The translations under genes were made by a program, and so were the position numbers. A stretch of 60,220 bases of DNA from Clostridiales bacterium (lineage in GTDB: Bacteria; Bacillota; Limnochordia; Darwinibacteriales; B1SED10-159): assembly GCA_003551965.1 (NCBI GenBank), contig PUOC01000038.1, positions 1-60,220 on the forward strand. Direction: 5' to 3'. Below the pieces are notes generated by a model. It was not told where the DNA came from and searched no databases. It saw only the letters and a program-made list of their open reading frames with translations. Of the stretch, positions 18,353 through 27,049 are shown one piece after another. Positions within the stretch are counted from its first letter, which is position 1, and each line of letters begins with the position of its first letter.

Positions 18353-19321
18353 GGGCTGACACTCCTGTCGATGGGAATAGGGCTGTGCAGAGGCGTTATC
18401 CTAAATGGCGCACGGTGCAGAGCCGTCGCCAGCCGGGTATAGGCCCCTACCGTTCTTATTCGCCCTGTGCCGTCTTCCTTCCTGTTGGTCAAGGCCGCTG
18501 AAATCGAGAACGCTGTGCAGCCGGCTTTCGGGAGCCGCTTGCGTTGACGGTGTTTTGGTGCTGCATGGCCATGGCTGCGGCTTGGGACCAAAACCGATGT
18601 TTGTTGAGCCGGGATCAGGACCAAAGTCCCCTTAGCGCTGCTGCGGTCATCGGCTGACGAAACGGCGCGGTTACAACAGAACGTCCCCCTATTGTGCCAT
18701 GGCTTTGCTTCTCACTGAAACGGTGAGTACAAGGGCCGACCACCCATGTCGGCTATCCCAGCCCCACTGAGGTATATGCAGCCGGCAAACGAAAACTCCT
18801 TCCTTCGACAAAGGATTTATGGGGTTCCATAAATAACCAACAACAAGAGTACACAAAATCCAGAGGAACTCTGTGGGCTAGAGGGAGAACTCTTTTCCCT
18901 CGTCAGGGAAGTGAAGCACGAGGACCATGAATTCACTTCTCGAGAGGAAGGCAAGCCGCTGGCGGCTGAAGCTGACACCCAGCGGGTCCTGACACGGGCT
19001 GTGGCCGGCGAATAATGGCTTTTATTACGGGACACCGGCGCCAAGACCGGGGCATCGACTTCAGCTCACAGCAGAAATTTGCTGCATTGGCTGCACAGGG
19101 GCACCCGGTCATGCGATGGATGACAACGCTTGGATAGGATTAGGCGCGGCCATGTCAGCCGCAAAGGTCTGTGGTCATGGGATGTTGTGTGGTCGATGTC
19201 CCGCGATCCAGAACAAGTTTTCATTCGTGACTGACATTCGAAGCCGGGCGGGTCACTATGCTTTGATGCCCCGTGGGTTAACACAGCAGCATGCTTTTGA
19301 ATTCATGACAGAGGTGATACT

Positions 19322-20686
19322 ATGACCAGTGCATTCCGTTGGCAGGGAATCATCGAGGGCTTTTACGGCAAACCATGGAGCTTGCAGGAACGAAAAGACA
19401 TGATGCAGTTCATGGCGCAAAACGGTTTCAATGTGTATGTTTACGCACCGAAGCTTGATCCCTATCATCGGGAGAAATGGGCCCAACCCTACCCCGATGA
19501 AATTCTGGATGAACTGCGTGAGCTCGTCCGCACCGCCAACACCGCCGGAGTGAAATTTGTCTTCGCCATAAGTCCAGGATTGTCCATCGACTATACGAGC
19601 GTTGCGGATCGGGAGAGATTGATCAGCAAGTGCCAAAGTCTGGGGGACCTCGGCGTAAAGGCCTTTGGCCTATTCTTCGATGATATTCCCCAGGAGCCAA
19701 CGGCGCAGCTTGCGGCGGATCAAGCCCAACTGGCCAACAGTGTTTATACAGCTCTTGCTGAAGGCTCAACAGGCCCATGCCAACTGTTTTTCTGTCCAAC
19801 GAAATACCAGGGCGATGGCCAGACTAGCTATGTGCATGCCATTGGCGAGCATTTGGACACAGCGATTGAGGTGTTCTGGACAGGGCCCCATGTCTGCAGC
19901 CAAGAGCTGCGCAGTGAACATGCTGAGGCGGTCAGCAAGGTACTGCGGCGGCCGGTGCTCTTTTGGGACAACTACCCTGTCAATGATGCACTTATGGGAG
20001 CTGAGCTGCATATCGGTCCTTACACGGGACGGGCTCCGGATTTGCCCGATTTCAGCAGCGGCATTATTGTCAATCCGATGGAAGCGGCCGAGGCTTCGAA
20101 AATACCCCTGCGGACAGTCGCCGCTTATATGTCCAACCCACAGGAATATGAGCCCGGAGAGGCTTGGAGAGAGAGTTTTGAGGCCGTAAGCGCCGAAGCC
20201 GCCGGTGCTCTGGAGCGGTTTGGTGAAGCGAACCTCATTTCACCCCTGCACCCGGAAGACCCGCCGAGAATGCAGCAGGCCGTAGCCGATTACAAAGAGC
20301 GGGCCGCATCCTTCGACTTCACCGGAGCCATGACTGGTTTGGGCCAGTTCTTTGACGAAATGAAGAGGGATGTGGAGGTTTTGAGGAACCTTCCCAATAA
20401 GGCGCTGGTGGACGACATCGAACCTTGGCTGCAGGATTATCAGCGCTGGGCCGAGTGCGGGCAGCAGACACTTGCGATCATGCGGGGTACATTTTCGCTG
20501 CTCCTTGAGCCTCCTGCCGATGAGACGGAGCGCCGGGAAATGCAGCAGACTTTGGCACACACCCGGCGGCAGCTTGGGTTGACGTTGAAGGAAGCTATCG
20601 ACTGGCCGACAAAGGTTTGCGGCGATGTTGTGCGCCGCTTCTGCCATGATGTCTATCGCGGTACCGGCCGCTACCTATCAGGATAG
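19322..20686 (+). CDS. glycoside hydrolase family 84 (O-GlcNAcase / beta-N-acetylglucosaminidase-like)
   Basis: 454 aa with GAGGTGA upstream. FRWQGIIEGFYGKPWS, YVYAPKLDPYHR and FGLFFDDIP (catalytic DD pair) are GH84 hallmarks. There is no signal peptide. Confidence 0.8.
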   Translation: MTSAFRWQGIIEGFYGKPWSLQERKDMMQFMAQNGFNVYVYAPKLDPYHREKWAQPYPDEILDELRELVRTANTAGVKFVFAISPGLSIDYTSVADRERLISKCQSLGDLGVKAFGLFFDDIPQEPTAQLAADQAQLANSVYTALAEGSTGPCQLFFCPTKYQGDGQTSYVHAIGEHLDTAIEVFWTGPHVCSQELRSEHAEAVSKVLRRPVLFWDNYPVNDALMGAELHIGPYTGRAPDLPDFSSGIIVNPMEAAEASKIPLRTVAAYMSNPQEYEPGEAWRESFEAVSAEAAGALERFGEANLISPLHPEDPPRMQQAVADYKERAASFDFTGAMTGLGQFFDEMKRDVEVLRNLPNKALVDDIEPWLQDYQRWAECGQQTLAIMRGTFSLLLEPPADETERREMQQTLAHTRRQLGLTLKEAIDWPTKVCGDVVRRFCHDVYRGTGRYLSG

Positions 20687-20850
20687 CGAGGGTGACCGGA
20701 TCCGCCGGAGAAACGCCTCTCGCAACTCATAACGGGGGTCGTTGTACAACGCCGTCACCCTTGGCTGGGTAGCACAATTTAGAGATATGCAACAAAATAC
20801 CGCTTTGGAGACGCTTGGCGCCGGTTTTAGCTGGAGCGATTATCTGCAGA

Positions 20851-20885
20851 AAAACCCCACAAGGTCTAAGTACCTTGTGGGGTTT
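20851..20885. terminator. bidirectional hairpin terminator between convergent genes
   Basis: AAAA-CCCCACAAGGT-ctaagt-ACCTTGTGGGG-TTT, a perfect 11-bp stem flanked by an A-run and a T-run. It lies between stops at 20686 (+) and 20906 (-). Confidence 0.85.
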
Positions 20886-20905
20886 GCGGCAAGCCAATTC
20901 TGTTT

Positions 20906-22411
20906 CTACTTCCCGGCCAGTGCTTCGCCAAGCATAAGACCGAGGGTGATCGGTGCTGTGTTGCCAACACCGCCGGCAAAAGAGCGGCCCATCAACTGGC
21001 CCATGCCGATTACTTCGCCCACGGCGTACAGGCCTGGAATGGCCGTGCCCTGTTCGTGCATGACCTGCAAATCAGCCGATACATTCAGCCCGGAGTGGGT
21101 GAGGTAGATCAACGGCTTCGTTTGCAAAGCATAGAACGGCCCTTCGTCGATGGTGTAATGGATGCCGGGGCGGTCAAATGCCCGGTCCCATCCGGCTTCC
21201 ACATAGTGGTTGTAGTCTTCAATGGTCTGTACTAGATTGTCTTTGTCAATACCGGCATTCTCGGCAAGTTCCTGGATGGTACTGCCCTCAAAGGCGAACA
21301 GCCCTTCTGCAGCCGCCTCTTCAAAATCTTCCCAAGACCAGCCATGGATCGGGGGGTCGTTGGCCTCTTTGACCGTTTGATCAAAGACCACATAGCTCGT
21401 CACATTCGGTTGGCGGAGCAGGGCGATCTCGATTTCGTCGGCACTGGATGTGTCTTCATTAACCCAGCGGCGGCCGTCTTCGTTCACCCAGATATCTCCG
21501 GCAAATCCTGGCGAAAGATTAACTCTGGGCCCATAGGGGTATCCTGGGCGGTCCGGGTCTTCGATTCCGCCCGGGTACAGCACCATAAAGTCGGTGTTTA
21601 CCAGTTCTGCACCGATCTCCAAGCTCATGGTAATCCCGTCGCCTTGGGCGTGATCGGGCACATACGTTAAGGCATTTTCTCCGATATCACCGTGGAGATC
21701 GGCTAACATCGAACGGTTGGCTCCGTAGCCGCCGGTGGCTAAGACTACGTGCGGGGCGTAGAATTCCAGCTCTTCATCATCTGCATTCTCGGCCTTGACG
21801 CCGATAACCTTACCGGAGTCGTCCTGAACTAGGGATACAGCGGTGGTTTCCATATGAATGTCCACCAAACCCAGATCGGCAAGGTTGTTCAACTCTGCAA
21901 TGAGTACTTCGCCGACCTTAGAACCGCCGCCCACAGGCTGGTAAGAGCGGGGTACAGAGTACAACTCATGGTGGTCCATAAGGACAGGCCGGTTTCTGTC
22001 GAAGTCAACTCCCAATTCACCAAGCCAGTCGATGGTCCAAGCGGCATTTTCCGTATGTTTTTTCAGCAGGCGGGGATTGGCCCTATAGTCACCCATTTCC
22101 ATGATATCCCGATAGTGCTGGGCAGCGGAATCTTCAAAACCCGCGGCAATCTGCAGCTTGGTATCGGCTGCACTGAGTTGGCCTCCCGATACAATCAAGG
22201 TCCCGCCGAGGTACGGCATCTTCTCCAACACAATGACATTGGCACCAGCGCGGGCTGCTGCAATGGCCGTGGGTATACCGGCGTTGCCGCCGCCTACCAC
22301 CACCACATCGGCATCCCACTGGGGCGCCTCAGCGAACGCAGGACCGGCACCGGCAGCGCCGAACAACAGCAGCACCACACAAAGCACAGACAACAGACAG
22401 CAATTCTTCAT
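20906..22411 (-). CDS. exported FAD-dependent oxidoreductase (FAD_binding_2; fumarate reductase / flavocytochrome c flavoprotein-like)
   Basis: I trimmed ORF 20906..22501 to ATG 22411 (AAGGAGGAG upstream). The Sec-type signal is MKNCCLLSVLCVVLLLFGAAGAGPAFA, followed directly by the dinucleotide fold DVVVVGGGNAGIPTAIAAARAGANVIVLEK. The C-terminal segment is GLYAVGEV. Confidence 0.75.
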   Translation of the reverse strand: MKNCCLLSVLCVVLLLFGAAGAGPAFAEAPQWDADVVVVGGGNAGIPTAIAAARAGANVIVLEKMPYLGGTLIVSGGQLSAADTKLQIAAGFEDSAAQHYRDIMEMGDYRANPRLLKKHTENAAWTIDWLGELGVDFDRNRPVLMDHHELYSVPRSYQPVGGGSKVGEVLIAELNNLADLGLVDIHMETTAVSLVQDDSGKVIGVKAENADDEELEFYAPHVVLATGGYGANRSMLADLHGDIGENALTYVPDHAQGDGITMSLEIGAELVNTDFMVLYPGGIEDPDRPGYPYGPRVNLSPGFAGDIWVNEDGRRWVNEDTSSADEIEIALLRQPNVTSYVVFDQTVKEANDPPIHGWSWEDFEEAAAEGLFAFEGSTIQELAENAGIDKDNLVQTIEDYNHYVEAGWDRAFDRPGIHYTIDEGPFYALQTKPLIYLTHSGLNVSADLQVMHEQGTAIPGLYAVGEVIGMGQLMGRSFAGGVGNTAPITLGLMLGEALAGK

Positions 22412-22721
22412 AGACAACTCCTCCTTGAGAATAGTTTCACAATAACAATATTCGGCGCTGAAGGCGGATTTCCTGCTTTCTATCGACGGTTCCGGCCGCA
22501 TTTTTTCGGCACCTTTAGCCGGCCGCTGTGTCCCACCCCGAGGTTTGGCAGCAATGATCCTGACGGAGGCGTCGAAATTGGCGATGTTGCTTTCCTAAAG
22601 TACCGATTTGTGCAATACTAAAGATGAACAGAGCGATGCCCATGGCAGCCCGTGCCGCTCCAGCCCCATGGCGCTGCCGCTGCAATCCATGGCGCAAACA
22701 ACGAATGGAAGGTGAGAACCT

Positions 22722-23444
22722 GTGAAACGGGTCCGCTGCACGGTGGTTGTATTGTGTCTTCTTGTCATGCTGCCCTTAGGAGCAGCTGCAGAAACGCCTG
22801 TGGAAAACGGTTTGAATCAGGGGGAAGCAGCAGAAATGTTTCGGACGGTGGAACTTCTTCTAGGTGAAATGCAGGAAGAACCTGATGCGCAGGCCATGAA
22901 GGCTCTATTGAGACGCGCTAAGGGTGTGGCGTTTTTCCCTTCGGTGGTAAAGATAGGGTTTGGAATCGGGGCTCTCATGGGCGATGGATTTCTTCTGGAA
23001 CGCGGTGAGGATGGACAGTGGATGGGTCCTAGTTTTATGAAGATCCGCGGCCTCTCCTACGGATGGCAGGTCGGGCTGCAGTCCATTGGAATGATGCTGG
23101 TCATTGCCAACGAGCGGGGAATGGAAAACTTTCGTTCGGGGAGCCTCAACTTAGGCGGCGATGTCTCGGTGGCCGTTGGGCCACTGGGACGACGCGGCGA
23201 ACTGGTCACTGACATGAGACTAGAAGCATCCGTCTATGGGTATTCCATCGCCCGCGGTGCGTTCATCGGCGCCTCCATAGCCGGTTCTGACATCAGCGTT
23301 GATTCGGACAAGAATGCCAGGTATTGGGGAGAAGACCTGACGCAGGAAGAGCTGTTTCAGCGGCCGGCCGATGATGAGAGAATACAACCGGTTCTGGAAC
23401 GGCTGCAGGAGATGATGAACCAAGCCGAAATACAGGAAGAATAG
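22722..23444 (+). CDS. secreted SYLF (Ysc84/DUF500) lipid-binding-domain protein
   Basis: GTG start with GGAAGGTGAG upstream. The signal peptide is MKRVRCTVVVLCLLVMLPLGAAA. GVAFFPSVVKIGFGIGALMGDGFLL, SYGWQVGLQ, GGDVSVAVGPLGR and YGYSIARGAFIGASIAGS match the SYLF domain pattern. Confidence 0.7.
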   Translation: MKRVRCTVVVLCLLVMLPLGAAAETPVENGLNQGEAAEMFRTVELLLGEMQEEPDAQAMKALLRRAKGVAFFPSVVKIGFGIGALMGDGFLLERGEDGQWMGPSFMKIRGLSYGWQVGLQSIGMMLVIANERGMENFRSGSLNLGGDVSVAVGPLGRRGELVTDMRLEASVYGYSIARGAFIGASIAGSDISVDSDKNARYWGEDLTQEELFQRPADDERIQPVLERLQEMMNQAEIQEE

Positions 23445-23456
23445 GAGATGCCGCCC

Positions 23457-24464
23457 ATGTCAGCCGGGACATTTGTGTGCAGTCGATGCCGGCAGTCCCA
23501 CGATCCCGCCGGATTCGCTTATCGCTGCCAGTGCGGCGGGCTGTTCAGCCTTGAGCCGCATCAGAGTGGAATTCCCGAACCCGAGGTGTCCTTGGGTGAA
23601 TGCCCAACGCCGATGCTGGCTTGGAATATCGGGGGCCGCCCGGTGCAGCTGAAACTGGAAACCATGCAGCCTACAGGTTCATTTAAGGATCGAGGAGCAC
23701 GGCTTTTGGTATCGGAGCTGCGCCGCCTTGGTATCAGAACAGTGGTGGAAGACTCTTCGGGCAATGCTGGAGCGTCGCTGGCTGCCTACTGCGCTGCTGC
23801 CGGAATGGGCTGCCGGATATTTGTGCCTGAGAGTGTTTCCGGGGCTAAGCTGCGCCAAATCACGGCCTATGGCGCAGAAATCGAAAAAGTGCCCGGTACC
23901 CGGGATGCAGCTGCTGCTGCGGTGGAACGGGCGGCAGCTGCGGCCTATTATGCGTCGCATGTGTATAATCCACTCTTTTTTGCCGGTGTGGCCTCCATGG
24001 CCGACGAAATGCTGGACCAGTGCGGCGTTCCCGACCATATGGTTGTTCCTGCGGGCAACGGCTCGCTGCTTCTTGGTCTGTATCTCGGCTTTCTCCGTGC
24101 CGGAAAGGGCATGCCGCGCTTTACGGCGGTCCAGGCAGCCAACTGCTCCCCGCTGTATTCCGCCTTTCAAGGAATGCCACTGCAGCTGCCTAAGGACACG
24201 ATGGCTGACGGAATCGCGTCGGCCTCACCGCCTCGGCTGCCGGATATTATGGAAGCACTGGCAGCATCCGGCGGCGATGTGGTGACGGTTTCGGAAGCAG
24301 AAATTGAACAGGCTTGGCGGAGTTTGGCCGAGCGCGGCCTGCTCGTGGAGAAGACATCGGCGGTGGCACCCGCAGCACTGCAGTTCAGAGAGTCATGCCG
24401 AACTCTGTCTGGGGCCGTGGTTGTTCCTATGACCGGCCATGGCTTGAAAACAGCGGCGGAATAG
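23457..24464 (+). CDS. threonine synthase-like PLP-dependent enzyme (fold type II) with an N-terminal Cys4 zinc ribbon
   Basis: ATG 23457 is 9 nt after AGGAG. The ORF-track ATG 23448 abuts the RBS. The ribbon is CSRCRQ...YRCQCGG, the PLP-lysine motif is PTGSFKDRGA, and EDSSGNAGASLAAY and TGHGLK are also present. Confidence 0.75.
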   Translation: MSAGTFVCSRCRQSHDPAGFAYRCQCGGLFSLEPHQSGIPEPEVSLGECPTPMLAWNIGGRPVQLKLETMQPTGSFKDRGARLLVSELRRLGIRTVVEDSSGNAGASLAAYCAAAGMGCRIFVPESVSGAKLRQITAYGAEIEKVPGTRDAAAAAVERAAAAAYYASHVYNPLFFAGVASMADEMLDQCGVPDHMVVPAGNGSLLLGLYLGFLRAGKGMPRFTAVQAANCSPLYSAFQGMPLQLPKDTMADGIASASPPRLPDIMEALAASGGDVVTVSEAEIEQAWRSLAERGLLVEKTSAVAPAALQFRESCRTLSGAVVVPMTGHGLKTAAE

Positions 24465-24476
24465 GAGGCAGTGCTT

Positions 24477-25154
24477 TTGGCTGAGATTGGATATGACCGG
24501 TTAAAAGAAAATTTTCCCTTCTTGGACGGTCTGGATGGCCAGGATCAGCTGCGCCTTGAACAGATGATGCAGCTGCAGAATTACCCGGCGGGCAGAGTAC
24601 TGATCGGAGAAGGCAGTGTCTGCCAGGCCCTATCTTTCGTCCTTTCGGGAACAATTCGCGTCTTCAAGCTGTCGCCGGAAGGACGTGAAGTCACACTCTA
24701 CCGGGTAGAACAGGGAGACACCTGTCTGCTTTCGGTTTCCTGCCTTGTCAGCGACCGGGCCTTCCCTGCCGCGGCGGAAGTGGAAGCCGATGCCGAGCTG
24801 GCGATGCTGCCCGCCGATCGGTTCCGATTGCTTCTGCACTCCCATGCACCTTTGCAGCAGTATCTGCTGCAGAATCTTCTCGCCCGGTTTGGGCAGGTTA
24901 TGGAAGTCCTAGATACAGTAGCTTTTACCGGCCGCAGGCAGGCCTTGGCTTCCATCCTAATGCGGCGGCATCAGCAGGGACGGTCCCGGAACATCACGAT
25001 TACCCACCAAGCTTTGGCCGCGGAACTGGGTACGGCACGGGAAGTGGTGTCTCGGTTTCTGAAACAGTGGGAGCGGCAGCAACTGGTGTCGCTGTCCCGC
25101 GGAAGAATCCGCCTCCTCGATTTGGATCGTCTGGAGCGTCTGACCGGAATGTGA
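24477..25154 (+). CDS. Crp/Fnr-family transcriptional regulator
   Basis: cNMP-binding beta-barrel (G.VLIGEGSVCQALSFVLSGTIRVFKLSPEGREVTLYRVEQGDTC) plus a C-terminal HTH (ITHQALAAELGTAREVVSRFLKQWERQ). The start is uncertain. TTG 24477 is 7 nt after AGGAGG, while GTG 24471 is in the ORF track. Confidence 0.85.
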   Translation: MAEIGYDRLKENFPFLDGLDGQDQLRLEQMMQLQNYPAGRVLIGEGSVCQALSFVLSGTIRVFKLSPEGREVTLYRVEQGDTCLLSVSCLVSDRAFPAAAEVEADAELAMLPADRFRLLLHSHAPLQQYLLQNLLARFGQVMEVLDTVAFTGRRQALASILMRRHQQGRSRNITITHQALAAELGTAREVVSRFLKQWERQQLVSLSRGRIRLLDLDRLERLTGM

Positions 25155-25223
25155 CATTGTCACAGACCGCTGGGTATTCCATGGGTATACTGGAGTTAAA
25201 TCAAAAACGAGGAGGAGTTTACT

Positions 25224-25748
25224 ATGAAAGCTCTGCGTACATCGATATCCGTTTTGCTTTTGACCGTTGTTTTGGCGTTTGGATCGGGCATGGGACTGGC
25301 CGACGGCCACGAGCCCAGTGAAGAGCAGATGCAGGCAATGATGGCTGAGATGGCTGAGAATATGCTCCTAGAAGATGAAAGCCCCTACGACTTCGAAGAC
25401 ACGGTGGCTCGCTTGGGAGAAGCGGTTGATGCGGCGGGCTGGAGCATTATTGGCGTCCAGGACATGCAGGCCATTTTAGCCGAGCGCGGCCACGATGTCC
25501 TGCCCGTATCCATCTTTTCCCTTTGTTCAGCCCAGTACTCGGCGGAACTGCTGCAATACGACGATGAGCGCATTGTTTCACCCTTTATGCCTTGCAGCGT
25601 GGCAGTATATGAGAAGAGCAATGGCAGCACCTATATCGCCCGCATGAATGCAGCCCTGGTAGCCGAACCGTTTGGCGGCGTGATTGCCGATGTCATGGAC
25701 ACAGCAGCGGCAGAAACAGAAGAAATCATTGCCAATACCCTGAAGTAG
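25224..25748 (+). CDS. secreted DUF302-domain protein
   Basis: GAGGAGGAG upstream. The signal peptide is MKALRTSISVLLLTVVLAFGSGMGLA. The SPYDFEDTVARLGEAVDAAGWSIIGVQDMQAIL...PCSVAVYE pattern is typical of DUF302. Confidence 0.7.
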   Translation: MKALRTSISVLLLTVVLAFGSGMGLADGHEPSEEQMQAMMAEMAENMLLEDESPYDFEDTVARLGEAVDAAGWSIIGVQDMQAILAERGHDVLPVSIFSLCSAQYSAELLQYDDERIVSPFMPCSVAVYEKSNGSTYIARMNAALVAEPFGGVIADVMDTAAAETEEIIANTLK

Positions 25749-25775
25749 TTCGTTGAAACCGGCCGGCCCGGCCAG

Positions 25776-25819
25776 AGACGGAAGGCGCCTTCTCCCTGAG
25801 AGGATGGGGCGTCTTTTTT
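25776..25819 (+). terminator. rho-independent terminator after the DUF302 gene
   Basis: Imperfect GC-rich hairpin AGACGGAAGGCGCCTTCTC-cct-GAGAGGATGGGGCGTCT followed by TTTTTT. Confidence 0.55.
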
Positions 25820-25923
25820 GCCGTAATCCGCGGGATCCGTCGATGCAGGAGTTTGCCGGCGTCATCCGGAATTTGACCAGCAGACGGAATGAAGGATTTC
25901 CGATAGGATGGGAGCGGGCTTTG

Positions 25924-26952
25924 ATGTACAAGGCGGTCAAGATTTATTCCACCGATTGGCGGACAAGGGAACACATGTCCTATGCGGAAGCGGTGCGCCG
26001 GCTGAAGCGGCAGGGAATCAACACGGTTATGGTCCTGGCTGGTATGGAGGCAGGAAGTGCGGCAGGTTCATATGAACCCCGAGCCTTCCGGGATGCGCTG
26101 GGGGAAGCGGGCATTACCTATTGGAGCGTTTGCAATCAGTTCTATGATCCGCAGGCCCTGGAGCGATTCGGCAGCATCCCAGTGGACCAGGACGGGCTCG
26201 CTGCTGTACAGCAGGATTGGTATCTCGGTGCCTGTCCTACGGCACCTGCATATCTGGAGGCCAAGCGGAATGAAACCGCAACCGTGATGGAGACACTGGA
26301 TCCCGACGGCATCTTCTTAGGCTTTCATCGCTTTCCGGGCTTTTGGGAAACGTGGCTTCCCGATGTAACAGAAGAAGATTGGCAGGAATTCTGCTTCTGT
26401 TCCCGCTGTCTGCGGCTGTTTCGCCGCGATACCGGTGCAGAACTGCCCCAGGCGGAGTCCATGCAGCGCCTCGTGATCCGGGAAAACCTTGCCGACTGCT
26501 GGACCCAATGGAAGTGCAGTGTTATTCACAGCCATACCGAGAACCTCCGCCGTATCACGGATGAACAGCGGCCAGGGCTTCCTTTGATCCTCAATACCCT
26601 TCCCTTTTCCTCACCTATTTCCCGCCGCTATTTTGGACAGGACGCAGAAAAGCTGTCCGATCTAATTGATATCTTTGAATTGATGGCTTATCACCAGATA
26701 CTAGACCAAGATGCCCAGTGGGTCATCGCTGTAAGCGGCGCACTCAAGGCCGCTGTCAAAAAGCCTGTGGTGACAACGGTTCAAGCGCGTCCGGCCTATC
26801 TGGATGGTTTCCACGCGGGACGGGGGCGCCGCCGCCAGATCAGCAGCGAGGAATGGAACCATATGATCAATGGACTGCCGGGTTTGGTTGACGGTATCGC
26901 TGTGTTTGAGTGGGGCCAGCTCTTGGATGTGGGCAGGATTTTCCCGTCATAG
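25924..26952 (+). CDS. hypothetical protein, possibly a glycoside-hydrolase-like (GHL) TIM-barrel
   Basis: I trimmed ORF 25753..26952 to ATG 25924. That start lies after the terminator and has GGATGGGAG upstream. The segment DPDGIFLGFHRFPGFWE...EFCFCSRCLRLFRRDTG resembles the C.C..C..F motif I associate with GHL10/DUF4015-type putative hydrolases. The assignment is weak. Confidence 0.4.
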   Translation: MYKAVKIYSTDWRTREHMSYAEAVRRLKRQGINTVMVLAGMEAGSAAGSYEPRAFRDALGEAGITYWSVCNQFYDPQALERFGSIPVDQDGLAAVQQDWYLGACPTAPAYLEAKRNETATVMETLDPDGIFLGFHRFPGFWETWLPDVTEEDWQEFCFCSRCLRLFRRDTGAELPQAESMQRLVIRENLADCWTQWKCSVIHSHTENLRRITDEQRPGLPLILNTLPFSSPISRRYFGQDAEKLSDLIDIFELMAYHQILDQDAQWVIAVSGALKAAVKKPVVTTVQARPAYLDGFHAGRGRRRQISSEEWNHMINGLPGLVDGIAVFEWGQLLDVGRIFPS

Positions 26953-27049
26953 GTTGGAAAATATGAGGTGGGCATGGCACTCCGGTGGGTTCAACAGGAA
27001 TGCCGAAACTCCGCCCAAGAACATGTGCTAGAGAAAGGGATGGGATCTT

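Noticed and set aside
18785-18796. GCAAACGAAAAC string resembling the start of a tmRNA tag-coding region
   Set aside because: There is no in-frame ANDENYALAA-like tag, no tRNA-like acceptor or T-arm ends, and no GGGG... 5-prime end nearby.
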